From: an uncultured Clostridia bacterium
Lineage (GTDB): Bacteria; Bacillota; Clostridia; Christensenellales; DTU072
DNA length: 59,809 bases
Assembly (NCBI GenBank): GCA_944349735.1
Contig: CALVNM010000003.1
Location: 1 to 59,809 of the forward strand
Reading direction: 5' to 3'
Under the pieces are notes generated by a model. The model was not told where the DNA came from and did no database searches. It worked only from the letters and a program-made list of their open reading frames with translations. The position numbers and the translations under genes were made by a program. Positions 59,295 through 59,809 of the stretch are shown in pieces. Every line of letters begins with the position of its first letter. The first letter of the stretch is position 1.

Positions 59295-59809
59295 ATGGAT
59301 ATTAAAGAATACAAGAAATATTTTTATGCAAACGAGCGTAATTACTCGATAGACGTTATAGACGATTATTATTCTAGCGAGAAGGGCGGCAAAAGGGCGG
59401 TCGATTCTGCGTTCAACGATATGGCGGTGCGCACACTGAAAAAGGTTTCCGACGACGAAGGCGGCGACGGCGCCGTCGAGAAAGAAAGGGCGCTTACCTA
59501 TCTCAGAGACTCCTTCTACGCATATTTCCATAAAGGCGGCGAGATAGACACCGTCGACGGCAGGAAAAGTTACGATGTTCTGTCGCGCGAAGGCTTCGAC
59601 GAGTGGCACAAGGCGGTGTGTACCGAATTCCTCACCCTTTTCAACGAGGACAACAGGAAAAGATATCAACCCGTAGCGTACGGCAAGGCGCAGAAAGCGG
59701 TCAATATGGTATTCAAATACCTATATTGCTACGACGGCGCGGATAAATATATCGACGAAGGTTATTTCGACTATTGCCACATGCCGATAGACAATCTGAC
59801 GCTTAACTG
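59295..59809 (+). CDS. Hypothetical protein, 3'-partial (runs off the window)
   Basis: ATG preceded by AAGGAG. The frame stays open to the window end (MDIKEYKKYFYANERNYSIDV...GKAQKAVNMVFKYLYCYDG...). No family recognised. Confidence 0.5.
   Translation, partial: MDIKEYKKYFYANERNYSIDVIDDYYSSEKGGKRAVDSAFNDMAVRTLKKVSDDEGGDGAVEKERALTYLRDSFYAYFHKGGEIDTVDGRKSYDVLSREGFDEWHKAVCTEFLTLFNEDNRKRYQPVAYGKAQKAVNMVFKYLYCYDGADKYIDEGYFDYCHMPIDNLTLN

Overview
This window is the chromosomal replication-origin neighbourhood of a fairly GC-rich Firmicute. It is probably an endospore-forming Clostridia-like organism, because yabP/yabQ and a cwlD-like amidase are present. The left arm (1-19.1 kb) is mostly on the minus strand: ftsH (5'-partial, plus strand), a PflX-like radical SAM gene, a DUF1624 membrane protein, serS, prfB, secA, lgt, and the classic mnmG-mnmE-jag-yidC-yidD-rnpA-rpmH operon. 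The right arm (29.8-59.8 kb) is mostly on the plus strand. It carries a GlpA-like/DUF1667/FGGY-kinase/AGPS-like cluster, yabP-yabQ (minus), gyrB-gyrA, a Cmk-like fusion protein, an AKR, a GH51 arabinofuranosidase, a C69 peptidase (minus), mfd, a PrsA-like lipoprotein, an H1-like small protein, a DUF92 protein and guaA. Between the arms lie a cwlD-like amidase, radC and an M20 dipeptidase, followed by a ~4.4-kb ORF-free, AT-rich tract (22.44-26.87 kb), and then dnaN and dnaA on the minus strand. The tract carries nine copies of the 16-bp ParB-binding parS palindrome (TGTTNCACGTGAAACA family) plus several perfect DnaA boxes. Further DnaA-box clusters sit upstream of rpmH and between dnaA and dnaN. 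The main hypothesis is a dedicated non-coding, origin-linked centromere-like parS array combined with a dispersed or rearranged oriC. Secondary oddities are a cytidylate-kinase-like protein fused to a ParB/Srx-like domain just after gyrA, a guaA whose glutaminase domain is internally deleted, apparently leaderless divergent promoters at dnaA, and a degenerate MBL-fold protein. No rRNA, tRNA, CRISPR array or recognisable transposase was found.
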